64,000 nt of DNA from Flavobacteriales bacterium (GTDB lineage: Bacteria > Bacteroidota > Bacteroidia > Flavobacteriales > JANQLC01). Positions 39,649-51,774 of this stretch are shown piece by piece. Made by a program: the position numbers and the translations under genes. Under the pieces are notes generated by a model, which was not told the origin of the DNA, made no database searches, and saw only the letters and a list, made by a program, of their open reading frames with translations. How positions within the stretch are numbered: the first letter of the stretch is position 1; the number at the start of each line of letters is the position of its first letter. The DNA lies in NCBI GenBank assembly GCA_028280815.1, contig JANQLC010000008.1:8492-72491 (forward strand), given 5' to 3'.

Positions 39649-41418
39649 ATGAAAGCGCTGCAATACCTGAATAAATACTTACTAAAGTACAAATGGCGTT
39701 TGCTCAGCGGCGTGATCTTCATCGCAGCGGCTAATGGTGCTGCTATTTTTCCAGCCATTTTTTTCGGGAATGCTGTCAACACGGCCATCTGGGGCATCGC
39801 ACAATACCAATCCAAGGCGCAAATCGATACCACCGAATTCCAAAACCGATTGCTGCTGTATACAGCCCTGATACTGGGTACGGCCCTACTACAAGCTACC
39901 TTTACTTTTTTTCAGCGACAAACCATCATCGTCACATCGCGAAAAATCGAGTACGATCTAAAAAACGAGGTATATGAACACTACCAAAAATTGTCGCCAA
40001 ACTTTTATAAAAACAACCGGATCGGCGACCTGATGAGCCGGCTATCGGAGGATATAATCCAGGTGCGCATGTATCTGGGCCCGGGTATCATGTACCCCCT
40101 AAACATGCTCTTCTCCGTGCTTATAGTCGTGATACAGATGTACCGAACCGACTCGACACTCGCTACATACGCACTGATTCCCTTACCGATTCTCGCCTAT
40201 ACCATATTCCGGATCAGCAGAGTAATCCATCAAAAAAGTACGAGAAAGCAACGACTTATCGCACAGCTCACCGCCTTTGTCCAAGAAAAAATTTCGGGTA
40301 TCCGCATCACCAAATCCTTTGGTATGGAAGACTACGCTTTACAGCAGTACAAAGCCTTAGCCGATAAAACGGCAACAGCCAACCTAAATCTGGCACGGGT
40401 TGAAGCCTGGTTTTTTCCCACGGTACTGTTGCTCATCGGATTGAGCTACATAAGTGTTTTATACCTAGGCGGTGTGCACACCCGAAACGCTGACATCAAC
40501 GCTGGGCAAATCGCATCTTTTATCCTTTACCTCAATATGATGGTCTGGCCGGTTACCGCCATCGGTTGGGTCACTTCAGTGATTCAACGAGCGGCTGCCT
40601 CACAAAAGCGAATCAATGATTTTCTCGCTGAAAAACCCGATATTATCAACCGAGCTGCGCATGCGCACTGCATAAGGGGCAAGGTGGCGTTCAAAAACGT
40701 CTGTTTCCAATATGAAAACACCGGTATTCAGGCGCTTACAAACATCAGCTTCACCATAAATCCAGGAGAGACCCTCGGCATTTTCGGTGAAACCGGAGCG
40801 GGAAAATCTACAATCGCCGAGCTTATCGCGCGCTTTTACGAAGCGGATCGGGGTGTGGTTGCAATCGATGGCCAACCCATTGATCAAATCAACCCGTACG
40901 AACTGAGAAAATCCTTGGGCTATGTGCCGCAAGAAGCCGCATTGTTTTCGGATACCCTTGCAAACAACATCGGCTTTTCCACGGATCATCCGAGCCCGAG
41001 CGCCATCAGAGAATCAGCCGAGGTAGCCGCTGTTCACAGCGATATTATGAGCTTTACCAAGCGCTATAGAACCCAGATTGGCGAGCGCGGTGTAATGCTT
41101 TCCGGCGGGCAAAAGCAGCGAATATCCATCGCCCGTGCCATCTTAAAAGATCCGGTGATTTACATCTTCGACGATTCCCTCTCAGCAGTTGATACGGAAA
41201 CCGAAGCACAAATCCTGCGCAATTTACAAAGCGCAGCGGCCGACAAGACGACACTCATCATCTCCCATCGGGTTTCGCCGGCTCGGTATTGCGATAAAAT
41301 CATCGTCCTTAAAAACGGGCATATCGTGCAACGCGGTACGCATAAAAGCCTGATCGATCAGGAAGGGTACTACAAAAGCACCTATGAGCGACAAGCCTTG
41401 GGATCGGTTGTCTCTTAA
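39649..41418 (+). CDS. ABC transporter ATP-binding protein/permease (exporter type)
   Basis: 589 aa with a 6-TM domain, Walker A GETGAGKST, signature LSGGQKQRISIAR, and Walker B IYIFDDS. Confidence 0.93.
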   Translation: MKALQYLNKYLLKYKWRLLSGVIFIAAANGAAIFPAIFFGNAVNTAIWGIAQYQSKAQIDTTEFQNRLLLYTALILGTALLQATFTFFQRQTIIVTSRKIEYDLKNEVYEHYQKLSPNFYKNNRIGDLMSRLSEDIIQVRMYLGPGIMYPLNMLFSVLIVVIQMYRTDSTLATYALIPLPILAYTIFRISRVIHQKSTRKQRLIAQLTAFVQEKISGIRITKSFGMEDYALQQYKALADKTATANLNLARVEAWFFPTVLLLIGLSYISVLYLGGVHTRNADINAGQIASFILYLNMMVWPVTAIGWVTSVIQRAAASQKRINDFLAEKPDIINRAAHAHCIRGKVAFKNVCFQYENTGIQALTNISFTINPGETLGIFGETGAGKSTIAELIARFYEADRGVVAIDGQPIDQINPYELRKSLGYVPQEAALFSDTLANNIGFSTDHPSPSAIRESAEVAAVHSDIMSFTKRYRTQIGERGVMLSGGQKQRISIARAILKDPVIYIFDDSLSAVDTETEAQILRNLQSAAADKTTLIISHRVSPARYCDKIIVLKNGHIVQRGTHKSLIDQEGYYKSTYERQALGSVVS

Positions 41419-41449
41419 TACCGCCACAGTCCTCGTGCGAGCTGTCCAC

Positions 41450-41473
41450 CACGGGTCGAGTCTATCCCGTGGC
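41450..41473. terminator. 7-bp stem-loop between convergent genes (no U-tract)
   Basis: CCACGGG-N10-CCCGTGG lies between the ABC transporter stop and the rhodanese stop. No T-run on either side, so this is weak. Confidence 0.25.
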
Positions 41474-41516
41474 GCCTGCATGCATACACCACCCAAGCGC
41501 GCGTAAAAAAACGAGT

Positions 41517-41813
41517 CTAAGTCCAAGCCCCTATGCCACCTTTCAGGCTATAGAGCCTCTCAAAGCCCATATCGGCCATTAGGCAACAGGTGTTCGCGCT
41601 GCGCTGGCCAGAATGGCAATAGACCAAATACGCTTTGGATCTATCGAGCGCCTGGAGCGTTTGCAACAATTCATCCCGGTCGAAAAAGTCGACTTGCACA
41701 TCGTAATCCAAGGCGAATTCGCTCACTTCACCCGGCGTTCTCACATCCAAGACCAGGGCATTTTCTTCCTGACTCATGCGCTTAAAAGTTTCAACGCCAA
41801 TTTCTCTATACAT
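41517..41813 (-). CDS. rhodanese-like domain protein
   Basis: 98 aa with active-site loop YCHSGQRS. Confidence 0.85.
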   Translation of the reverse strand: MYREIGVETFKRMSQEENALVLDVRTPGEVSEFALDYDVQVDFFDRDELLQTLQALDRSKAYLVYCHSGQRSANTCCLMADMGFERLYSLKGGIGAWT

Positions 41814-43011
41814 GGGAATTATTTTTTATAGACCGCCTGCGTCTTAGCTCTGCCCGAATCAAGCTGAGCTCGCGGCTGCTCTGCCCCTTTACCGAGGTGT
41901 TCTCCCGAGCGCGGCGGATCAGATAAGGCACGACATCACGCCAGGGCCCATAGGGCAAGTACTTGGCTACGTTGTAGCCCGCATGAGCCAATTCAAAACT
42001 GATGTTGTCACGCATGCCATACAATTGTCCAAACCACACTTTGTGGTGATCTTTGGCTATACCCCTCGCCTGCATCTTTTGTTTTAAAAGGTAGCAACTC
42101 CTCTCGTTGTGCGTGCCGGCAAAGAGGGAAATCCGATCCAGGTGATCCACGATAAAATCAACGGCTGCATCGTAATCCCGATCGGTCGCTTCCTTGCTCA
42201 GGTGGATGGGGTTTTCACAGCCCAAAGCTGCCGCGCGTGCGGCTTCCCTTTCCATGTAGGCCCCACGCACCACCTTATACCCGATAAAAAAGCCCGCACT
42301 TTCGGCTATTTCAAAACGCGCTTTCAGGTATGCCAAGCGATCCTTGCGATACATTTGCAGGGTATTGCAGACAGCACAATGGTGTCGGTTGTACTTTTTC
42401 ATCATTTTGAAAACCAGATCATCCACCGCTTTTTGAATCCAAGTCTCTTCGGCATCGACCATTACGGTCAAGTGGTTTTCCCGCGCCTTTCGGCAAATTT
42501 GATCCCAGCGGGCTACCACGCATTCCCATTCCGCCGCTTCCACAGGCGACAGCTGCCCGCCTTCTGATATTTTTCGATACAGCGCCAAAGGGCCGAACCC
42601 GCTGGGCTTGAAGACCACAAATGGAATTTCTCGGTTTGCCGAAGCAAAATCAATCACGGATAGGGTCGCTTGAAACACACGTTCAAAGCCCGACTCATCT
42701 GATTGGCCCTCCACGGCGTAATCCATGACGCTCCTGATGCGATATCGCGCCAATTTGTGGACTGTCTGCAGCGCATCTGCTAAATCCGCGCCGGCTGCAA
42801 AATGCTGAAAGACCGTCTTTTTAACGATTCCCGCCACGGGCAGATGCCACTTTAGGGCACCGTTCAGCAACGCAGTCCCGACTCTGATGAGAACCGGATT
42901 TTCCATGCATTTGAACAAGAGATAGGCCTTTTTGAGCGCGTAGTCCGATTGGGAGGCAAAGGCGATTTCTGTGTTGTCAAAGTACACCTGCAACGGTCTT
43001 TTGTAGCGCAA
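41806..43011 (-). CDS. proline dehydrogenase family protein
   Basis: 401 aa. VMVDAEETWIQ and QLYGM are typical of monofunctional PRODH. TTG start in the track; the true start is uncertain. Confidence 0.85.
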   Translation of the reverse strand: MRYKRPLQVYFDNTEIAFASQSDYALKKAYLLFKCMENPVLIRVGTALLNGALKWHLPVAGIVKKTVFQHFAAGADLADALQTVHKLARYRIRSVMDYAVEGQSDESGFERVFQATLSVIDFASANREIPFVVFKPSGFGPLALYRKISEGGQLSPVEAAEWECVVARWDQICRKARENHLTVMVDAEETWIQKAVDDLVFKMMKKYNRHHCAVCNTLQMYRKDRLAYLKARFEIAESAGFFIGYKVVRGAYMEREAARAAALGCENPIHLSKEATDRDYDAAVDFIVDHLDRISLFAGTHNERSCYLLKQKMQARGIAKDHHKVWFGQLYGMRDNISFELAHAGYNVAKYLPYGPWRDVVPYLIRRARENTSVKGQSSRELSLIRAELRRRRSIKNNSHV

Positions 43012-43060
43012 ATATAGGCTTTATAGGGTTGAAATGCGTTATTTTGTAGGGTACGACTAA

Positions 43061-44149
43061 GTGCAAGCAACCCAGGGCAAAGTGGTGATCGAAGAAATCA
43101 AAGCCGGTTCTTATGGGGTTTTTTTTGGTGATTCGGCTTATAAAAAGCTCCGGTATTACCTGGATACGCACGGCTATTCCAAGGTATTTATCGCCGTGGA
43201 TGAAAACACCCAATCCCTTTGCTTACCTTATTTCCTATACCGTACCGAGTTATCGAACTGTGAGATCATCCCGATTCAAAGCGGGGAAGAGAACAAGACT
43301 TTGGGGGGCTGCATACAGATCTGGCACGCGCTCACCCGGCTGAGAGCCGATCGCAAGAGCGCACTGCTGAATCTGGGCGGGGGCATGCTCACCGATATAG
43401 CTGGCTTTGCAGCCACGACATTTAAGCGCGGCATAGATTTTATCCACATCCCCACCACCCTGCTCGGCATGGTGGATGCAAGCATCGGGGGTAAGACGGG
43501 ACTCAATTTGGGCGTGCTAAAAAACCAGATTGGCGCATTTTCCAACCCGAGCATGGTGCTGATCGATCCCCGCTACCTACAGACCTTGCCCGAACGCGAG
43601 TACCGCAGCGGCCTGGCCGAAATGATCAAATATGGACTGGGCTTAGATGAAGCGCTGTACCGCGAATTGCAAGCCTATCCACAATTTACGACTGAAAGGC
43701 GAGACAACCTCATTTGGCGTTGTGCCAAACTGAAAACGCGCATAGTCAACGAAGACTTTCGGGAAGAGGGACTGCGCAAAGCGCTCAACCTGGGACACAG
43801 CATCGGACATGCGATCGAAGCCCTGTTCCTGAAGCGCAGGGAAAGACTGTTGCACGGCGAAGCTATAGCCGTAGGACTGATCGCCGAAGCTTACCTGTCC
43901 TACAAACTCAACTACCTGGAGAAGGGAGAACTAATACAAATAAGGGATTTTATTCGCCGCATATACCCCGGGGTAAACTTCGAGAAAAAAGACTTTCAAT
44001 CGATAAAAAGCCAGTTGAAGCACGACAAAAAAAATCTAAGAGATGCACGCAACTTCAGTCTAATTCGGGGCATTGGACACTGCGAACTCGATGTCCACAT
44101 ACCGGAAGCCTTCATCGACGAAGCGCTGCGCTATTATCAGGGTGGCTGA
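43061..44149 (+). CDS. aroB: 3-dehydroquinate synthase
   Basis: 362 aa with GGGMLTDIAGFAA and metal-binding HGEAIA. GTG start. Confidence 0.92.
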   Translation: MQATQGKVVIEEIKAGSYGVFFGDSAYKKLRYYLDTHGYSKVFIAVDENTQSLCLPYFLYRTELSNCEIIPIQSGEENKTLGGCIQIWHALTRLRADRKSALLNLGGGMLTDIAGFAATTFKRGIDFIHIPTTLLGMVDASIGGKTGLNLGVLKNQIGAFSNPSMVLIDPRYLQTLPEREYRSGLAEMIKYGLGLDEALYRELQAYPQFTTERRDNLIWRCAKLKTRIVNEDFREEGLRKALNLGHSIGHAIEALFLKRRERLLHGEAIAVGLIAEAYLSYKLNYLEKGELIQIRDFIRRIYPGVNFEKKDFQSIKSQLKHDKKNLRDARNFSLIRGIGHCELDVHIPEAFIDEALRYYQGG

Positions 44150-44698
44150 CTTTTGTTAAAGCAGTCGCCTGTATATCGGTTTTTAAACACTGCAAATCCC
44201 CTGGGGTAAATCTGTAAAAGCAGGACTTATTTTTTTGCTCGTGTCCTTTCGTACAGTTTGAAAAACGGATTGGTTCCCTCACTGCATTCGAGTTGCAAAA
44301 GTCCCATGTAGGTCATCCATGGAGATTCCAAGGGTTGGTTTTTTTCATTTTGATTTATAAACTATATCACAATTATGAGATATATTAATTTACAACTACA
44401 GACAGCATATCATCGACAAAGGGTACAGGTCGCAATCGCGTAGCATTATAATGTGATGTGACAAAGGCCGCCAACCTCAAATCACGAGAAAAGAGATATT
44501 TCGTAATTTTGTATATCATCCAAGACTTATGGACTCCACACCCCATAGGCACAAAAGAAATGAATCGCGCCGCTAAAACAGCAGGGACCGAGAATCCCAA
44601 AACCGTCAAAGACCATGCGAAAAACAAATGGAAAACCCTTATCTTTAATGGGTCTAACCGCGCTGTGGGCCACCTGTTAGACGCAGCACACCAACACA

Positions 44699-45130
44699 GT
44701 GAAAAGAGCCAAAACCAGGTGCGATAAGCTGCGCCAAACCGAAGCCGAGTGGCAGAGACAACTCAGCCCCGAGGCCTATCACGTCATGCGCCAAAAAGGC
44801 ACAGAACCCCCTTTTAGCGGGAAATACAACGCGTTCTTTGAGAACGGCGTTTACCGCTGCCAGGGCTGTGGCCAAGCATTATTCGACTCCGAGCGCAAGT
44901 TCGACTCCCATTGCGGCTGGCCTGCCTTTGACCGAGCTATCGCAGCGGGAAGGACTGTGGAAGCGTTGGATATCTCACACGGCATGAGGCGCACGGAGAT
45001 AAGTTGTAGCTGTTGTGGCGCACACCTGGGACACCTGTTTGCAGATGGGCCTACCGAGACGGGATTGCGCTACTGCGTCAATTCCGCATCCCTGCAATTC
45101 GATGTGCGAAAAAAATCGGAGAGAGAATAA
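44699..45130 (+). CDS. msrB: peptide-methionine (R)-S-oxide reductase
   Basis: 143 aa with two CxxC pairs (CQGCG, CSCCGAHLGH) and catalytic RYCVNS. GTG start. Confidence 0.92.
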   Translation: MKRAKTRCDKLRQTEAEWQRQLSPEAYHVMRQKGTEPPFSGKYNAFFENGVYRCQGCGQALFDSERKFDSHCGWPAFDRAIAAGRTVEALDISHGMRRTEISCSCCGAHLGHLFADGPTETGLRYCVNSASLQFDVRKKSERE

Positions 45131-45812
45131 GCAGCTCTATCCATACCCAAGCCGCGGGTTTCACCTATCTCCCGTCTGACAAATCAAGTCGATTAGAAAG
45201 GTGTAAAAACGAATGGAAACTCAGTGATCACAGCCGATCAGGCAAATGGGGTGGAAATCCAAACGATGGAGATTTAAAAGGGGGAATTGTCTTTCTGCAT
45301 TTGGTTATATCACCACTAACATACAGGCTGCATACCCCGTAAACAAAAGATCACAAGGCATTTTAAAAAGCCGGACCACAAACCCGATCAGAGACTTTTT
45401 GGCGCCGAAACACCGAGACAGGGAAGCAAATCCACAAAGCCGGCCGAGCGCACTGAAACTTTATATTCGACGACTAAGGGACCCGGAAAAATCGGGTTTC
45501 TATAAGGCAGTTGGATTGGCGCTGGGCAGATCGAGAATCGCATTGTCCAAGGCAGGCGCATTCACCTTTCCAAATCCGCAGGATTCGGCTCTCGACTCAT
45601 ACATGGTCGGACTATGCAATGGGGGTTGAATCCATCTGCCCCGAGCTATGGCAACCTACAGCCCATATAATTTTGGCCAATCAGCTGTAAGCGTTTAAAG
45701 GTGTCGCCTTTGCGCTATCAAGGGGGATAAAACGGATCGGACAGATGAAAAGGGCGCAAGAATAAGCGGACTTTCTCACAACAGCCCACCGTGCAAGTAG
45801 AAACGGTTGGTG

Positions 45813-46516
45813 CTATATCCGAGGCAGGAACACCTCGGCCATCATACAGCGCACACCGCCGCCCCCGTCTGTCACGGTGTCCAAAGCGACGATCGCATAG
45901 GAATCGGCTGCGGTCATCATCACGTTGGTGTGGTAGATCGCCTGGGGTTCACCGTCAAACCGCTGCCGGGCGTGAAAGGTGATGAGCCGGTAGTTAAAAT
46001 CTGCACAAAAAGCCTCAAACAAGTCTCTATCCGTGCGCGCAGAGCGCAACCCATAAGCGATTCGGTTGCGGCGGTCCAAAACCATGCTCATGCCTTCTAA
46101 AAAGGAGCCCGTCTCTTCATAGCTGGAATAATCTACCACCTCGGTGATTTGAAAGCCCCCTGCCGCCAAGCGATCTAAAATATCTCGGCGGCGCTCCAAG
46201 CGTCGGTTGGGTGCAAACATCGGATAGAGCACCACACGGCCGTCCGCATGGAAGGAAACCCAGTTATTGGGAAAGATGGAGTCCGGGGCTTCGGAAAACT
46301 CGGTGTCCTTCACCACAAAGGGGCGTATGCCACTGCGATTCAACAGCTCGACCAAACCCTGAAACGCTGCCAGCGCCTGACTTTGCTGCACTGCAGGGGG
46401 GATCCCTTGAGGTGCCTTTTGGTAAAAATTGCTTACGGCTGTCTCAGGGTTGTAATGAAAGTGAACGGTTCAATCATCAAAACCGTATCGGTGATCGGAT
46501 TCCTGACAGCTGACAC
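45813..46516 (-). pseudogene. ctlX: citrulline-utilisation hydrolase CtlX-like (arginine deiminase-related) gene remnant
   Basis: The N-terminus TDTVLMIEP is in one frame and VHFHYNPETAVSNFYQK in another, with a shift near 46461-46468. The body matches CtlX (PDSIFPNNWVSFH, YPMFAPNRRLERR, IYHTNVMM). It then jumps from AIVALDTVTD directly to GGGGVRCMMAEVF. From memory of family members, about 85 residues are missing. Confidence 0.7.
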
Positions 46517-46527
46517 AGATCTCGCTT

Positions 46528-47422
46528 TTACGCGCTCGTCTTTTTTCGCCTCAAAGGCAAGGTGGTACAGCGGAGCAAACCACCGATCTTGGCTATTTCA
46601 CCGTATGGAACCGTCTCTACCTGCAGATTCCACTGGGTTTCCATATGCCGTTTTAACCGCTTGCTATTTCGTTCGACCACGACCCGATCTGGGGCGATTG
46701 AAAAAACGTTGGTCGCCAAATGATAGGCCTCCGCAGCCGTCACTTCAAAAATGTTTTCGACTCCAAAGCAATTCACGATATAAGAATAGTCGCGCACATT
46801 TAAAAATCCATCTCTATAGACAATCGCTTTGTCCTTACCCACCGGCTGAAAGGCGCAATCCAAATGCCTTGAGCGTCTTGTTTGGAAAGCACTCCCGCAA
46901 GAAATAGGGTGCAGCGGCATTGGTGCGAGCCGTGCTGAGCGCAGCGTAATCCGGCCCGGTGTAAGCCCCTACAAAGAGGTGGTCGTTCCAAAGGATCACG
47001 TCGCCGCCCTCAATGTGAACCGTTGCCGGTGGTACGATGTAGTCACCCGGCTCGATTTGCGGAATCAACCCGCGTAGGGCATCCAATTCTCGTGACCGAG
47101 CGGGGATGATATTGGCACGCACGAATTTATCTTCGATCACAAAGGCGGCGTCTCGAACAAAGACCTGATTGGTACCCGGCAAAACCGGGGGACTCAGGAC
47201 TGTGACCCCATACCTTTCAAAGCACTTTTTAAGCTGTGCGAGCTCGTAAGCCAAGTCATTTCGACTCGGATAGATGCCCTTTTGCAGGCTTTCTCTCGAC
47301 ATGGGGTCATAGGTATGCGACACAGCAGGAGGCAGGCCAAAGCCAGCTGCTGTTCCCAACAAAACACAAGCCAAAGGAGCGGTTTCATCTTCGACCCAGA
47401 TGTCCCTATACGCTCTTCCCAT
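46528..47422 (-). pseudogene. amidinotransferase / DDAH-family gene, frameshifted
   Basis: ORFs 46835..47467 and 46528..46920 overlap in different frames. The sense reading is ..PYFLRECFPNKTLKA | HLDCAFQPVGKD.., with the shift near 46861-46873. The C-terminus GGLLRCTTLPL carries the catalytic Cys. Confidence 0.7.
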
Positions 47423-47490
47423 TTTTACCCAATCCAAAATCCAAGCCCCCAAGGGCTGAGACCACAAAATACGATGTCATCGGAGTTTAA

Positions 47491-48783
47491 TCAACGCTGA
47501 TCCAAAGGGACGAAATCCCTTTGCGTATGGCCGGTATAGACCTGGCGGGGCCGGCTGACGGGTTGCTCGTCTTTGCGCATCTCAAGCCACTGTGCTATCC
47601 AGCCTGGCAAACGGCCTAAGGCAAACATAACCGTAAACATCTCAACAGGAATACCCAAGGCGCGATATATGATGCCGGAGTAAAAATCCACATTGGGAAA
47701 AATTTTCCGCGAGACGAAATAATCATCAGCCAAAGCAGCGGATTCGAGCTTTTTGGCGATATCCAAGATGGGGTCGTCCACACCCAATTTTTCCAACACA
47801 TCATCGGCATAGCCCTTAATGATCTTTGCCCTCGGGTCGAAGTTTTTGTAAACCCGATGCCCAAAACCCATCAAGCGGAAGGGATCGGCTTTATCCTTTG
47901 CCTTATCGAGGTACTTCTCGATATCGCCGCCATCGGCCTTTATGGCCTGCAACATCTCGACAACGAACTGGTTGGCACCGCCGTGCAAGGGACCCAAAAG
48001 GGCCGAAACACCAGCTGAAATGGAAGCGAGCAAGCCCGCACGTGAAGAGCCGACGACGCGCACCGCAGTGGTAGAACAGTTCTGTTCGTGATCGGCATGC
48101 AAAATCAACAACTTGTCCAGCGCAGCTGTCAACACCGGATCGCGCTCATAGCGCGCAGTCGGCACGCGAAACATCAGCTGCATGACATTGGCCGCATAGT
48201 GGAGCTCAGCATCGGCATAATTCAGCGGAAGTCCGCATTTCTTGCGGTATATCCAAGAAGTCAAAATCGGAAAACCCGCCAGGATTTTGGCCGCTGAACG
48301 ACACAGTTGCTCAGCATCTGCTACATCCAACGGCTGTGGATCAAATGCCGCCCAGGCAGCGGTTAGCGCGGATAGCATATCCATGGGATGAGCGGCGCTT
48401 GGAAAAGCATCTAAAAGCTTCTTGAGGCCCTCATCTAATAAGGTGTATTGACGATATAGCTGCTCGAATTTCAACAGCTGATCCGCAGTGGGTAATTCAC
48501 CAAAGATCAATAGGTAAGCCACCTCCAAAAAACGGGCTTTCTCAGCCAGCGTTTCAATGCTGTAACCCCGGTAACGCAAAATCCCCTTATCTCCATCGAT
48601 AAAGGTAATCGCACTGGTCGTCGAAGCGGTGTTCTTATAACCGATATCTAAGGTGACTAAGCCGGTTGTGTTTCGCAGTGTGCCAATTTCAATTGCCGTC
48701 TCATCTTCCGTGCCAGTCGTCAATGGAAGTGCAATGTTCTCGCCGCCGTACTCAAATTCTATGTGATCTCGCATCTCGTTCAT
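47491..48783 (-). CDS. gltA: citrate synthase
   Basis: 430 aa with GFGHRVYKNFDPR. Confidence 0.96.
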   Translation of the reverse strand: MNEMRDHIEFEYGGENIALPLTTGTEDETAIEIGTLRNTTGLVTLDIGYKNTASTTSAITFIDGDKGILRYRGYSIETLAEKARFLEVAYLLIFGELPTADQLLKFEQLYRQYTLLDEGLKKLLDAFPSAAHPMDMLSALTAAWAAFDPQPLDVADAEQLCRSAAKILAGFPILTSWIYRKKCGLPLNYADAELHYAANVMQLMFRVPTARYERDPVLTAALDKLLILHADHEQNCSTTAVRVVGSSRAGLLASISAGVSALLGPLHGGANQFVVEMLQAIKADGGDIEKYLDKAKDKADPFRLMGFGHRVYKNFDPRAKIIKGYADDVLEKLGVDDPILDIAKKLESAALADDYFVSRKIFPNVDFYSGIIYRALGIPVEMFTVMFALGRLPGWIAQWLEMRKDEQPVSRPRQVYTGHTQRDFVPLDQR

Positions 48784-48886
48784 TTACAATTTTAATCCGA
48801 TTGGTTTACTTCCGCGAATATACTTAAAAAAGCGGTGAATTCACGCCGGAGAGAATAAGGATTTCCAATTGCGCAAATACTTTATC

Positions 48887-50530
<1,644 letters not shown>

Positions 50531-50641
50531 ATAGACAAGACTCAAAGCGCATTTTATCGATCGCATACGATCACCTCTCCTATCTTACGCCTTATGTATA
50601 GCTGACTTTAGCTTTTCGATCACAGCTCAGCGGCCGATTTT

Positions 50642-51733
50642 TTATCTGATAATCTGCATTAATCTATCAAATACGTAAATCCTATTCCGCTTACGGCCCG
50701 TTACTTCAGTCAGTATCCCTTGTTTTTGAAACTTATCCAACAACTTATAAATCGTTTGATGGCTACTCGCCTTTACCTCGGTCTTTATGAGCTTAGTTGA
50801 AGTAATTGGGGTTTCAAATATCACATCCAAAAGCGCGATGGCATATCGCGAACGAAAACTGGATAACCGATCTTTTACCTCCTGATACAGTTCCAGCATA
50901 GCGTTGACTCGGTCTTGTGTATCCCGCTCTTGTACGCTTATCGATTTGAGGAAATGCCGGATCCAAGGCTCCCAATCGCCCGCTCGGTCGATCCCCCTCA
51001 ATAAGGCATAGTAATCATCCCGATTGCGCTCAAAGTATTCGCTCACATAGAGAACCGGATGCGGAAGCATCTTTTTTTCATATAGCATAATCGGTATGAG
51101 CGGCCGCCCGAGACGCTCATTACCATCTAAAAACGGGTGTATGGCCTCAAATTGATAATGGGCGATAGCGGCTTGAACCAACACATCGGGTTCATCATCC
51201 GAGTTGACAAACTTTTCCCAGTTCGAAATCAGCGCGTTCAGCTCTGAATCCTCCGGTGGTATGTAGTACGCATTTTCCTCGGTAGCGCCCGGCTTGGCAA
51301 TGAAAACCCGGACTTTTCTAAAATTGCCCCTATCTTTATTCGTTCCCCTTACGGAATCGAGCAATATGGCGTGCAGCTCTTTTATAAAATTCGCTCCAAT
51401 GGGCCTTTTTTCCAACAGCTCAACTGCATGGCGAATGGCTCTCCTATAGCTTATGATCTCTCGGATGTCCCGTTCTTTTGAATTGTCTTCCGTTATTTTT
51501 TCGGCTGCCTCATATTAGAACACTTCTTGTAGGCTGGCTTGCGTGCCCTCTATTTTAGAGCTCGCAACCGCTTCCTTGGTCAGTAAAGGAGATACCAACA
51601 AATATTGATTGGAGATATTGGCTAATAGCCCATTTAAATTCCCCAAAACCCTATTGACCTCGCCTATTTCTTTGATCATTGACGTATAGTTAACCCTGGG
51701 AGGCAATGCCTTTAACTTGTGCGCTGTAGTCAT
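50642..51733 (-). pseudogene. Fic family protein gene interrupted by one in-frame TAA
   Basis: Both ORFs are in the same frame: ..EAVASSKIEGTQASLQEVF-TAA(51517-51515)-YEAAEKITEDNSKERDIREIISYRRAI..HPFLDGNERLGRP.. and a C-terminal wHTH. The Fic motif has GNER instead of GNGR (GAG at 51118-51116). Confidence 0.75.
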
Positions 51734-51766
51734 GCTTCTCGTCTTGAGACTAAGATGATTAAAGTC

Positions 51767-51774
51767 CAAAACTA
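51767..51774 (-). promoter_or_regulatory. candidate -7 box (TAGTTTTG) for the Fic gene
   Basis: TAnnTTTG match on the minus strand, 33 nt upstream of ATG 51733. It overlaps the track's TTG start, which favours the ATG. Confidence 0.35.

Noticed and set aside
44150-44700. AT-rich spacer with ORFs 44385..44627(-) and 44458..44727(+)
   Set aside because: The two ORFs overlap on opposite strands, have no motifs and have poor start context. They probably lie in non-coding spacer. The region is noted as low-GC but there is too little evidence to call a gene.
45760-45779. Minus-strand GAGAAAGTCCGC, which resembles the RNase P RNA P4 string GAGGAAAGTCCGGGC
   Set aside because: The match is only partial, and none of the other conserved RNase P elements could be found nearby.
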